DNA of 64,000 bases from Flavobacteriales bacterium (GTDB lineage Bacteria; Bacteroidota; Bacteroidia; JANQJC01). Shown one piece after another: positions 10,430 through 19,848 of the stretch (positions are counted from its first letter, which is position 1; every line of letters starts with the position of its first letter). The DNA is taken from positions 10,076-74,075 of the forward strand of contig JANQJC010000006.1 of NCBI GenBank assembly GCA_028281825.1, in the 5' to 3' direction. The notes under the pieces were generated by a model. That model was not told the DNA's origin and searched no databases. It saw only the letters and a program-made list of their open reading frames with translations. The position numbers were made by a program, and so were the translations under genes.

Positions 10430-10942
10430 ATGACAACACTAGAATTCAACTACCATGTCATCAGCTTAAGAGAAAAACTAAAGTTCTTTGCACTTAAGTT
10501 AACCCAAAACGGAGATGACGCCGACGATTTACTTCAAGATACCATGCTTAAGGCAATGGTTAACCGCGATAAGTTTCAGGAGAAAACCAACCTGGCAGCG
10601 TGGTTGTATACTATAATGAAGAACACTTTTATCAATAACTATAGAAAAGCCGCAAAAGCCAATACTATTATTGATAATACCAAAGAGTTGTACTACCTCA
10701 ACATCCCTCAGTCTTCTGATAGTATATCACCAGAGTCAAGGCTCTCTGAGAAACAGATAAAAGAGCATATCAACTCATTAGATGACACCTACAAGGTTCC
10801 ATTCCAAATGCATTACGATGGCTACAAGTACAAAGAGATTGCTGACGAATTGGATATTCCAATAGGCACTGTTAAGAGCCGCATCTTTTTAGCTCGCAAA
10901 GAATTGATGGAGCTACTTAAAGATTACAAAAAGAGTGCTTAA
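10430..10942 (+). CDS. RNA polymerase ECF-type sigma-70 factor
   Basis: Region 2 (DDLLQDTMLKAMVNRDKFQEKTNLAAWLYTIMKNTFINNYRK). Region 4 HTH (IADELDIPIGTVKSRIFLARKEL). The ATG at 10430 is preferred over 10394. Confidence 0.8.
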   Translation: MTTLEFNYHVISLREKLKFFALKLTQNGDDADDLLQDTMLKAMVNRDKFQEKTNLAAWLYTIMKNTFINNYRKAAKANTIIDNTKELYYLNIPQSSDSISPESRLSEKQIKEHINSLDDTYKVPFQMHYDGYKYKEIADELDIPIGTVKSRIFLARKELMELLKDYKKSA

Positions 10943-10945
10943 AGA

Positions 10946-12262
10946 ATGCAGCCGCTCAATATCTTTTGGTTCAGGCGAGACCTGAGGCTCAATGATAATT
11001 GCGGCCTTTACAAGGCACTTAAAGAAAGTGAACCGGTATTAGCTGTTTTCATTTTCGATACCAATATTTTATCCCAGCTTGAAGATAAGAACGACGGGAG
11101 GGTGGATTTTATCCACTCTTCTGTTTCTCAGCTCAAAACCGAGCTGGAAAAACGCGGCTCATCACTTTTGATTGAGGTAGGCAAACCCCAAGAAGTTTAT
11201 CAGAAACTATTTGATGAATACAACATCAAAGCCATCTACACCAATCATGATTATGAACCATATGCACAAAAAAGGGATGATGAAATAAAAGCACTTGCCC
11301 AAAACAAAGGTGCTCAATTCTTCACCTTCAAAGATCAGGTTATATTTGAAAAAGATGAAGTGTTAAAGCCCAATGGTGAGCCTTATACCGTTTACACACC
11401 TTATATGAAGATGTGGAAACAGAAGTTAACCGAGAAAGGAACTAAGTCTTTTGACACTACTCCACTTCTAAACAATTTCTTTAATGCCCAACCCTTTGCA
11501 CTTCCCACCATTGAAGATATTGGTTTTGAGAAAACAGGTGTGACTATCCCACCCACCAACGCTTCAATTGACTTATTAGAAAACTATAAACAAACGCGCG
11601 ACTACCCCGCAACCAAAGGCACTAGTAAACTAAGCGTTCACCTAAGGTTTGGTACCATTAGTATTCGTCAGTTGGTAAAAAAAGCACTCGAAGCCAGTGA
11701 TACTTTCCTCAATGAATTGATTTGGCGCGAGTTTTACATGATGATACTCTGGCACTTTCCGCATGTGATTGACGGTGCCTTTAAACCTCAATACAATCAC
11801 ATTCAATGGAGAAACAACGAACAAGAATTCAAAGCTTGGTGTGAAGGCAAAACGGGCATTCCCATCGTTGATGCTGGTATGCGAGAATTGAACAAAACAG
11901 GTTATATGCACAATCGCGTAAGGATGATTGTAGCCAGCTTCCTGACCAAAAACTTACTCATTGACTGGCGTTGGGGTGAAGCATACTTCGCAAAAAAGTT
12001 ACTGGATTTTGAGTTGGCATCAAATAATGGCGGTTGGCAATGGGCCGCAGGAACTGGTTGCGACGCCGCACCTTACTTCAGGGTCTTCAACCCTACCCTG
12101 CAAACACAAAAATTTGACCCAGAAGGAAAATACATCAAAAAGTGGGTGCCAGAGTTGAATAGCCTGGAATACCCGCAACCTATAGTTGATTTATCATCGT
12201 CCAGAAAAAGGGCTTTGCAAGTGTATAAGGAGGCATTATCCGATGAAGGTGTTCACGCTTAG
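10946..12262 (+). CDS. Photolyase/cryptochrome family FAD-binding protein (deoxyribodipyrimidine photolyase or CRY-DASH)
   Basis: N-terminal photolyase alpha/beta domain (IFWFRRDLRLNDNCGLYKAL). C-terminal FAD-binding motifs (WREFY, GYMHNRVRMIVASFLTKNL, ASNNGGWQWAAG). Starts 3 nt after the sigma factor stop. Confidence 0.85.
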   Translation: MQPLNIFWFRRDLRLNDNCGLYKALKESEPVLAVFIFDTNILSQLEDKNDGRVDFIHSSVSQLKTELEKRGSSLLIEVGKPQEVYQKLFDEYNIKAIYTNHDYEPYAQKRDDEIKALAQNKGAQFFTFKDQVIFEKDEVLKPNGEPYTVYTPYMKMWKQKLTEKGTKSFDTTPLLNNFFNAQPFALPTIEDIGFEKTGVTIPPTNASIDLLENYKQTRDYPATKGTSKLSVHLRFGTISIRQLVKKALEASDTFLNELIWREFYMMILWHFPHVIDGAFKPQYNHIQWRNNEQEFKAWCEGKTGIPIVDAGMRELNKTGYMHNRVRMIVASFLTKNLLIDWRWGEAYFAKKLLDFELASNNGGWQWAAGTGCDAAPYFRVFNPTLQTQKFDPEGKYIKKWVPELNSLEYPQPIVDLSSSRKRALQVYKEALSDEGVHA

Positions 12263-12710
12263 CAGAGAGCTTTTTATTCCCACAAGTATTGAAAAAGCCT
12301 GGGAATTCTTCTCTTCTCCTGATAACCTCGGGAAAATTACCCCCTCTTATATGGGCTTTAAAATTCTTTCACCCACCAATAGAGAGAACATCCGTACAGG
12401 CATGGAAATAGTTTATAAGGTAAAGCCTGTATTGAACATTCCACTCACCTGGGTAACGGTAATTGACCGAGTAGACGCACCCTACTCATTTGTTGATACT
12501 CAAAAAAAGGGGCCTTACAAAATTTGGTGGCACTCCCATCAATTTGTACCTACGGAGGGTGGCGTATTAATGAAGGATACTGTAAATTATGTCTTACCTT
12601 TAGGCTGGCTTGGCATAATCATGCATTCTCTTTTTGTGAAAAAGCAATTGAAAAACATATTTGATTATCGAAAAAAAGCCGTTCATCGCATCTTTAACAG
12701 TAATGTATGA
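12243..12710 (+). CDS. SRPBCC (START/Bet v1-like, polyketide cyclase-like) family protein
   Basis: MKVFTLSRELFIPTSIEKAWEFFSSPDNL... is a typical SRPBCC N-terminus. Overlaps the photolyase 3' end by 20 nt. Confidence 0.6.
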   Translation: MKVFTLSRELFIPTSIEKAWEFFSSPDNLGKITPSYMGFKILSPTNRENIRTGMEIVYKVKPVLNIPLTWVTVIDRVDAPYSFVDTQKKGPYKIWWHSHQFVPTEGGVLMKDTVNYVLPLGWLGIIMHSLFVKKQLKNIFDYRKKAVHRIFNSNV

Positions 12711-13630
12711 AACAAGTACTTCTACTCTTTTTATGTATGCTCACTCTCGGGCTTTCGGCACAGCAAATACCCAACAATTCATTCGAGTCATGGACACCTG
12801 AACTAGGTGGCACCTATGAAGAACCAGGTGGCAATTGGTGGGCTACCCTTAACTTTCTCAGGGGCTTTGGCTCTAGTGCACCCATTTCTGTGAAGAAAAC
12901 CACCGATGCACAATTGGGCCAATTCGCAGCAGAAATAAGCACGGGCACTTTCGGCTCATTCACCATTCCCGGACTGCTCGTTTCAGGAACGGTAGGTCAG
13001 ATTGATTTGGGCAACCCAACAGACGTGATTGAAAGGGGACAACCATTTACCGCAACACCCGATAAAATCTCAGGTTATTATAAATACACCCCCGTCAATG
13101 GTGACTCCGCCGTAGTGAATGCCATGCTCACCAAGTTCAATACAGGTACCAACAAAAGGGATACCGTCGCCTTTGCAGAGCAATTGTTTTACTCCAATGT
13201 CACTACCTATACCCCTTTTGAGGCCACCTTCAATTACGACATGCCCAATGTAACCCCTGATACCATCATTATTGTGCTGGTATCCAGTGCTGGTGCGCAG
13301 TCTTTGGCTGGCCAGCCCGGCAGCACCTTTTTTGTCGACAACCTATCCTTAAGCTACATTCAAGGCATAGAAATGGATGTCTTCAATGCCATCACAGTTA
13401 ATGCATATCCCAACCCAGCTATAGACAGGATCGTTTTCTCCACCGCAAAACCATCAGGTTCCAGAAGCATTACTTTATATGACCAATTGGGTAGAAATTG
13501 CTTATCCTTGCCCTTTCAATCAACCAATATTGAAATAGATATAAGTTCACTAGCCAAAGGAAAATACCTTTTCGCAGTGCAAGAAAGAGACAAAACCATT
13601 TCAACCGGAACTATCATTAAATCCCAATAA
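12707..13630 (+). CDS. Secreted T9SS cargo protein (type A C-terminal sorting domain)
   Basis: Signal peptide. C-terminus ...AYPNPAIDRIVFS...KGKYLFAVQERDKTISTGTIIKSQ (Por_Secre_tail-like). Start ATGA overlaps the SRPBCC stop. Confidence 0.65.
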   Translation: MKQVLLLFLCMLTLGLSAQQIPNNSFESWTPELGGTYEEPGGNWWATLNFLRGFGSSAPISVKKTTDAQLGQFAAEISTGTFGSFTIPGLLVSGTVGQIDLGNPTDVIERGQPFTATPDKISGYYKYTPVNGDSAVVNAMLTKFNTGTNKRDTVAFAEQLFYSNVTTYTPFEATFNYDMPNVTPDTIIIVLVSSAGAQSLAGQPGSTFFVDNLSLSYIQGIEMDVFNAITVNAYPNPAIDRIVFSTAKPSGSRSITLYDQLGRNCLSLPFQSTNIEIDISSLAKGKYLFAVQERDKTISTGTIIKSQ

Positions 13631-14358
13631 TGGCCAAAAATATCAGCATCTTTTTCCTGGCTTTATTGTTTGGCTTCGCTACCTATGGGCAAAACATTGA
13701 TTTGGGCATCATGGGTGGCATCAATTATGGTGGCCCTATCGGCAAGGTAGACAGCGCTGAAGGTAGCCCACTTGCTAAATTTGAGGCCGGGCTTTTGTCT
13801 TCCATTAAGCTATCTGACCGATGGTATTTCAAACCTTCACTATACTTTACCCAAAAAGGCGCTGAGTATAGCCAATCTTACAGACGAGACACCATAGTTG
13901 AGATTGAGATAGCTGGAATAAAAGGTGAAATACCTACCTTTTACAGGGCAAGTGTAAGCGGTGACGTGTTAGGTCAGTATCTGGAGTTTCCATTGGCAAT
14001 ATCCTATCGCAACAAAAAAGGCTTTTTCGTTGATTTAGGGCCGTATCTATCATTCCTACTCTCAAGCAAAGACCAAGGTCACCTCAGGCTTGATATTGGC
14101 GAAGACGGCTTTATCACTGACGAAAGTAATTTTGTATACACCAAAGCCCTCAACACTTTTGAATACGGTGCTGTGTTTGCTGGTGGCTACCAGTTCAATT
14201 TTGGTTTGGGATTATACATCAAAGGCACACGTAGCTTCTCTAAGCTATACAGAAGCTCCCACTTCGAGAAACTTCAACAAACTGAAGTGAAGCTATACAA
14301 TACTATCGTATCATTTGGTTTACAATATTCTCTCGTAAAGTTTAAGACAGAAAGCTAG
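13630..14358 (+). CDS. Outer-membrane beta-barrel protein (porin-family-like)
   Basis: Signal peptide MAKNISIFFLALLFGFATYGQ. Alternating amphipathic beta-strand pattern. Start overlaps the preceding stop (TAATG). Confidence 0.55.
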   Translation: MAKNISIFFLALLFGFATYGQNIDLGIMGGINYGGPIGKVDSAEGSPLAKFEAGLLSSIKLSDRWYFKPSLYFTQKGAEYSQSYRRDTIVEIEIAGIKGEIPTFYRASVSGDVLGQYLEFPLAISYRNKKGFFVDLGPYLSFLLSSKDQGHLRLDIGEDGFITDESNFVYTKALNTFEYGAVFAGGYQFNFGLGLYIKGTRSFSKLYRSSHFEKLQQTEVKLYNTIVSFGLQYSLVKFKTES

Positions 14359-14359
14359 C

Positions 14360-17300
14360 TTATTGCTCCTTTTTAAGCGCCTCAATAGCTTTTTCACATA
14401 TGCCCCTTAGTTTTAAGGCCATTTCGCCTAGCTCATCTTCATTTGCACTTTTAGCATGTTCCATAGTCTCGGCAATATTTGAAGCCTCTGCCATCCCCAT
14501 CAACCCCAATGACGACTTCAGCTTATGAGCCTGCCTTCTGGCAAGATTTAATTCCCCATTCTCTATTAGGCCATCCAATTGTTTCAACTCATCTGGTGTC
14601 CCCGATACAAAAGACTTTATCATTTCCAACACAAACTCTCTATCCCCCATGGATACGTCATACAAGTTGGCCAAATCATACAAAGGTGGGGCACTTGCAG
14701 CTACCTGTGGCTTGGTCGCATGTTTCAGTATTTTATCAACCAATTCCTCTTTCCTGAATGGCTTGCTCACATAATCATTCATCCCAATTGAAAAGCAACG
14801 TTTCTTTTCCTTTTCCATCGCGTCAGCTGTCATAGCTATCATTGGTGTATTCTTCACCCTTTCGTCCTCCGAGGCCCTTATTCTTTTTCCTGTTTCCATA
14901 CCATCCATCTCAGGCATATGAATATCCATCAACACCAAATCATACGGCTCCTTTTCCAACATTTCCAAGCCAATCTGCCCATTATCGGCAATGTGCAGCG
15001 TTGCACCATATATCCTCGAAACAACTTCTGTTACCAACCTCTGATTCAACTCATTATCCTCGCACAACAGTATTTTGTAACCTGTTAAATCCTTTCTTTT
15101 CTTCCGGGTTTCAGTAACCTTTTCTTTCCTGGCTTTCTTCTGGTCAGCCACCACAAATGGAATAGTAAAGCTAAAAGTAGTGCCTGCACCTGCTTTACTT
15201 TTAACCCTCATTTCTCCACCCTGTAATTCTACCAAGCGCTTGGCAATGGTAAGCCCCAAACCCGTACCACCATATTTTCTGGTAGTATCTGCAGTAGCTT
15301 GAGTAAAACTTTCAAATACCAGATTCAACTTATTCTTTGGTATGCCTATCCCTGTATCCTTTACAGAAAACTGTAACGTAGCTTTTCCTCGCTCTACCTT
15401 TATTGCCTTCACACCTATATTCACCGACCCCTCATGCGTAAACTTCAATGCATTGCCCACCAAATTATTGAGTATTTGGTTAATCCTTACTGAATCACCA
15501 ACAATAAATTCAGGCACCGACGACCCAATAGTATAGTTCAAATCAAGTCGCTTCTCCCTTGCCTTCTCAGTAAAAAGGTCTACAAGTCTCGTAACCAGCT
15601 CGTGCACACTAAAGTCCTTCTTCACAATTTCTAGCTTACCAGCTTCCATCTTTGAGAAACTCAAAATATCATCCAATATCACTTTCAGGTTCTGCCCCGC
15701 GGTGTGTATAGACTCAACATATTTAAGTTGGTCAGTATTAAGCTCCGTTTCCAATAATATATCTATAAAGCCAACAACAGAATTCATAGGAGTTCGTATC
15801 TCATGGCTCATATTCGCCAAAAACTCCTCCTTTATCCGCGCCGACCTCTCTGCTTTTTCCTTGGCTTTTATCAATTGAAACTCCGCTTCTTTCTTATCTG
15901 TGATGTCTATGGCTATTTCAATAAATTTTTGTTTGCCCTCGCTCATCACAGGAGTGTTAGTGATGGTAAACCATATGCTATTTCCATCTTTATGATAGTT
16001 CAATACTTCAACTCTAAATGGTTCACGTTTCTTTTGCTTATCATGCATGTATTGCAAAGTAGATGGCTCTGTGTTTGGCCCTATTAATACCTTTGAAGGC
16101 AGCTTACCCTTTATCTCTTCAAAAGTATAACCGGTAATTCTGGTAAACGCCTCATTCACCCACTCCACTCTGCTCTCTTTATCAGATATTACCACTACAC
16201 TATCTGTCTTATCTGCTACAATCGAGAGTTTGTTCAACTCCTCTTCGGTCTTCTTGCGTTCGGTAATGTCAACGCCCATTCCCAATATTTGCGCTGGTGT
16301 ACCGTCGGGCTTTCTCTTGAAAATTGTCTCCTTATTGTAATACCACAACAGCGCACCACCCTTCGACTTTAGTCTCACCTCAAACTCATAAAACTCCCCG
16401 TCCTTCATGTCATCGAACTCTTCATAGTGGCCCATAACAATGGGCAAGTCTTCAGGGTGCACAATATTGGGTATCATTTTATCTCCCATCTGCAGCATTT
16501 CTGCTTCCGTATAACCCAACTGACCAAGAATTTTCCTATTAGTATATACCTGTTGCCTGGTATCCAAATCAATGATGTAAATGGAGTTGGGTGATTGCGT
16601 GGCAATTGCCTCAGCAAACTGCTTACTCTGCTCAATTTCCTGTGCTGCATTTCTCCTTTCTATGGTACTGCCCACCCAGCGAGACAATAACCTTACAAAC
16701 TCCTGCTGATGCTCTGTAAAGTCCTCATGGCCTTCCTCAAAGGCGATAAAATTGATAGTGCCATGTATCCTATTGCTCACCCAAATAGGCACTCCTATAT
16801 ACGACTTGGCGCCTACGTCATGAAACCCGGCATTCTTAGCTATCCTATGCTTTGAAACTTCATTAATCACCACCAGGTCTTTCTTCTTCACCACCGCGCT
16901 ACTCATGGTATTCTTCAACTCATACTCCCCTCCTTGCACAAACAAGTCACTTGCTTTTGCACTTTGATACAAGTGCTGTATGGTATAGCGCTTGTCTTGT
17001 ATGTGACTAATAAGTCCAACTGGTGTGTCTAAGTATTCGCATGCCGCCCTCAATACTTCATCCAATTGCTCATCAAATGTCACATCACTTTGGGAGGCAA
17101 TCTCGTTCAATGTCTTCAGGCCTTCCTGAAACTCCGCCAAATACTCCTCTGCCTTTTTTCTATCCGTTATATCAACTGCCACACCCAGTATTTGCGCGGG
17201 AGTTCCATCCTCATTCCTCCTAAAAACATTTTCTTTAAAGAACATCCAACGCCACCCACCTTCATTATCCCTCATTCTCAACTCAAACTCAAGCACCTTA

Positions 17301-18727
17301 TTCTCGTCAGCCCCAATAAACTCATCATAATGCTTGTAGGCATACTCCCAATCATCAGGATGAGCCACTTTCTTGATAACATCCACACCCGCATTTTCTA
17401 AAAACTCTGCTGAGTGGCCAAGGTAACCGTTGGCATACACATATTTCTTGGTAGCAAAATCAATGATGTAAATGGAGTTGGGTGATTGTTTGGCAATGGC
17501 TTCAGCAAACTGCCTGCTCTCCTCCAATTCAAGCACTGCCTGTTTTCTCTCTCTCAGGTCTAGGCCAATACCTATGTATCCGTCAATATTACCTTCTGAA
17601 TCGAAAATGGGAGAAGCCGATAAAAGCATAGGTATGCGCTCCCCTTTCTTGCTGATGTAGGTCATCTCATACTCATCTGGTTGCCGGGTGAGCTTTATCT
17701 TACCAGCAAATGTATCAAGGCCTGGCTTGAATTTAGTGCCTAGTTCCTCGTTAAGCTTGTTCGTCCTTTCTACTATCTCCTCAAAATCGTGAAACGGAGG
17801 ATTAGATAACCCTATCATCTCCTCGGCTTTGTAGCCCAACAGTTTTTCTGCGGTTTTATTAAACGCCTGGATAACCCCATTTTTGTCTAATGAGATAACC
17901 GTGAGGTTGGTACTGTCCAAAATTGCCTTACGCAATTGGTCAGCTTGTTTTTCCCTCTCTTCCAGCTTTTTTCTCTCATCTATATTCTCAATTACACCAA
18001 TTATTGAGGTAATGTCACCTTCCTCATTCAACACTTTAGTCGCTGTCATAGAAGCCCAAATTAAGCCTCCGTCTTTCTTGATATAACGCTTTTCCAGGGT
18101 ATATGACTTTATCTCCCCACCCACAAAATCCTTTTGCTTTTTTAAATTTTCAGGCAAATCTTCAGGATAGGTAATCTCAGTAAACGGCCTACCCTTTATA
18201 TCCTTCATAGCATAACCTGTCATCTTTAAAAAAGCCTGGTTACAATCAATCAATACACCATTGGCATCGGCTATGCTCACACCCAAAGTTGAGGCGTCAA
18301 AAATTGCCTTAAACCTCCTTTGAATTGTTTCATGTATCTCATTCTGCTTCTTCTCCTCAGTCACATTTCTAAAGATACCCCTGGTTGAAACTGGTTTGCC
18401 ATTCTCTAGTCTAACCGTGATGCTTCCGCTTACCCTTATCACCTTACCTTTCTTCGATACAAAAGCAGTCTTTACATTCTTAACTTCTTTCCCTGAAAAT
18501 ATTTGTTGAAAAATATCTTGGCAATGTGGCAGCTCTGAAGGTGCTACTATATCAGGAAAAGTAAGTTCTAGGGCCTGTTTTTTGGTATAGCCCAACTCTT
18601 TACACCAAGTGTTATTCACATAAACAAAAGCACCTGATGATGACACCACCTGAATAAGGTCGCTGGCATGCTCTACCAAGTCATAATAAAAGTCGTCCGT
18701 AGTGTCTTGTGGGTGCTTTTTAGCCAA
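14360..18727 (-). CDS. Hybrid sensor histidine kinase/response regulator with multiple PAS/PAC modules, GAF-like region, HisKA, HATPase, REC and C-terminal HPt
   Basis: H-box MSHEIRTPMNSVVGF. G2 box GTGLGLTIAKRLVELQGGEMRVKSKAGAGTTFSF. REC (ILLCEDNELNQ...LVLMDIHMPEMDG). HPt (RQAHKLKSSLGLMGM). Repeated PAS-like units. Confidence 0.85.
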   Translation of the reverse strand: MAKKHPQDTTDDFYYDLVEHASDLIQVVSSSGAFVYVNNTWCKELGYTKKQALELTFPDIVAPSELPHCQDIFQQIFSGKEVKNVKTAFVSKKGKVIRVSGSITVRLENGKPVSTRGIFRNVTEEKKQNEIHETIQRRFKAIFDASTLGVSIADANGVLIDCNQAFLKMTGYAMKDIKGRPFTEITYPEDLPENLKKQKDFVGGEIKSYTLEKRYIKKDGGLIWASMTATKVLNEEGDITSIIGVIENIDERKKLEEREKQADQLRKAILDSTNLTVISLDKNGVIQAFNKTAEKLLGYKAEEMIGLSNPPFHDFEEIVERTNKLNEELGTKFKPGLDTFAGKIKLTRQPDEYEMTYISKKGERIPMLLSASPIFDSEGNIDGYIGIGLDLRERKQAVLELEESRQFAEAIAKQSPNSIYIIDFATKKYVYANGYLGHSAEFLENAGVDVIKKVAHPDDWEYAYKHYDEFIGADENKVLEFELRMRDNEGGWRWMFFKENVFRRNEDGTPAQILGVAVDITDRKKAEEYLAEFQEGLKTLNEIASQSDVTFDEQLDEVLRAACEYLDTPVGLISHIQDKRYTIQHLYQSAKASDLFVQGGEYELKNTMSSAVVKKKDLVVINEVSKHRIAKNAGFHDVGAKSYIGVPIWVSNRIHGTINFIAFEEGHEDFTEHQQEFVRLLSRWVGSTIERRNAAQEIEQSKQFAEAIATQSPNSIYIIDLDTRQQVYTNRKILGQLGYTEAEMLQMGDKMIPNIVHPEDLPIVMGHYEEFDDMKDGEFYEFEVRLKSKGGALLWYYNKETIFKRKPDGTPAQILGMGVDITERKKTEEELNKLSIVADKTDSVVVISDKESRVEWVNEAFTRITGYTFEEIKGKLPSKVLIGPNTEPSTLQYMHDKQKKREPFRVEVLNYHKDGNSIWFTITNTPVMSEGKQKFIEIAIDITDKKEAEFQLIKAKEKAERSARIKEEFLANMSHEIRTPMNSVVGFIDILLETELNTDQLKYVESIHTAGQNLKVILDDILSFSKMEAGKLEIVKKDFSVHELVTRLVDLFTEKAREKRLDLNYTIGSSVPEFIVGDSVRINQILNNLVGNALKFTHEGSVNIGVKAIKVERGKATLQFSVKDTGIGIPKNKLNLVFESFTQATADTTRKYGGTGLGLTIAKRLVELQGGEMRVKSKAGAGTTFSFTIPFVVADQKKARKEKVTETRKKRKDLTGYKILLCEDNELNQRLVTEVVSRIYGATLHIADNGQIGLEMLEKEPYDLVLMDIHMPEMDGMETGKRIRASEDERVKNTPMIAMTADAMEKEKKRCFSIGMNDYVSKPFRKEELVDKILKHATKPQVAASAPPLYDLANLYDVSMGDREFVLEMIKSFVSGTPDELKQLDGLIENGELNLARRQAHKLKSSLGLMGMAEASNIAETMEHAKSANEDELGEMALKLRGICEKAIEALKKEQ

Positions 18728-18874
18728 GTTATGCGTAGGTTACAGGTTTCACTAATGTAAATATGCTATTAATTTACAGCAAATCAGTCATTTATACCTG
18801 CAAAACACTTTAATGTTCCCCCACTTCGACAAGTGGCATATTAACACATACAGCAACAAGAAAAAAATGAGAAA

Positions 18875-19783
18875 CTAGAATTTGATAGATATCCCTATGG
18901 CCAGCACTTCTTTAAACTGGGTTCTAGGGCCTACAGCTTCAATTACGCCATCATTATTTTTATCCACTTGTATATCGATGTCATCATCGTAAATAAGATT
19001 GGTAGTAATACTAGCGGTAAGAAACTTGTTGACTTTCATGGCTATAAGCGCTTCCCAATTCACATCTATGTTTCCAAAGTCTTCAAGATAATTGGCAAAC
19101 AACTCCAACCTGGTTTGCAAGTCTACGTTTTTCATCACCGTCACTTTGTAAGACCCCTTAAAAGAAGCACCAAACTCATAGCGTACCACCTCATTGGTAT
19201 CCACACCAAAGGCGCCTTGAGCTGATAAGCTGTCTTCATTCACTATGGTTATTTTGCCTGTAAGCGGTGCCATCAATAAACTCAGGTTATCATTGGGTTT
19301 ATAATCCATACCAAGTCCCACAACAATATACGCTGGCGCCAATAGGTCTGATATTTTTGTAGAGTCATTAGGGAGTTTATAGCCTGGTGCCATCTGAGTC
19401 CTAAAACTCAATAAAGCACTGTAAAACCATTGCTTTGAGGCCATATACCCATACTTGCTGGTCAACTCTACCCTATCATCACTCTTTTGGAAATCAAGTC
19501 TATCCTGTTTGATTACACCATAACCTACATCAAGCGTATTATCCCATGACGACCTTCCTTTTTTGTACTTAGCAAAAAGGCTCACCAGGCCATTCACCGC
19601 TATAGAGCTTTGCCCCCCAGCTGCCCAGTTGTTCAATAATGTTTGGGAAAAGTTTATATTCGTTATTCCACCTACTTTCCATGTACTGTCTTTTTTGGCC
19701 GTAGCCGTTGAGTCTGGCGCTTGTGCAAATGAGTTGATACTTACGGCTAATAGAATAACCGCACTTAGAAAAAGTCTTTTCAT
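18875..19783 (-). CDS. Outer-membrane protein (DUF3078-like beta-barrel), secreted
   Basis: Signal peptide MKRLFLSAVILLAVSINSFAQA. Beta-rich sequence ending in ...GISIKF (C-terminal aromatic). Confidence 0.45.
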   Translation of the reverse strand: MKRLFLSAVILLAVSINSFAQAPDSTATAKKDSTWKVGGITNINFSQTLLNNWAAGGQSSIAVNGLVSLFAKYKKGRSSWDNTLDVGYGVIKQDRLDFQKSDDRVELTSKYGYMASKQWFYSALLSFRTQMAPGYKLPNDSTKISDLLAPAYIVVGLGMDYKPNDNLSLLMAPLTGKITIVNEDSLSAQGAFGVDTNEVVRYEFGASFKGSYKVTVMKNVDLQTRLELFANYLEDFGNIDVNWEALIAMKVNKFLTASITTNLIYDDDIDIQVDKNNDGVIEAVGPRTQFKEVLAIGISIKF

Positions 19784-19848
19784 AATTGGTTGAATGATAA
19801 ATGTGCCGCGAAAATAGTAATCAATGCGCTAATTAGCGAACAAAGGCC

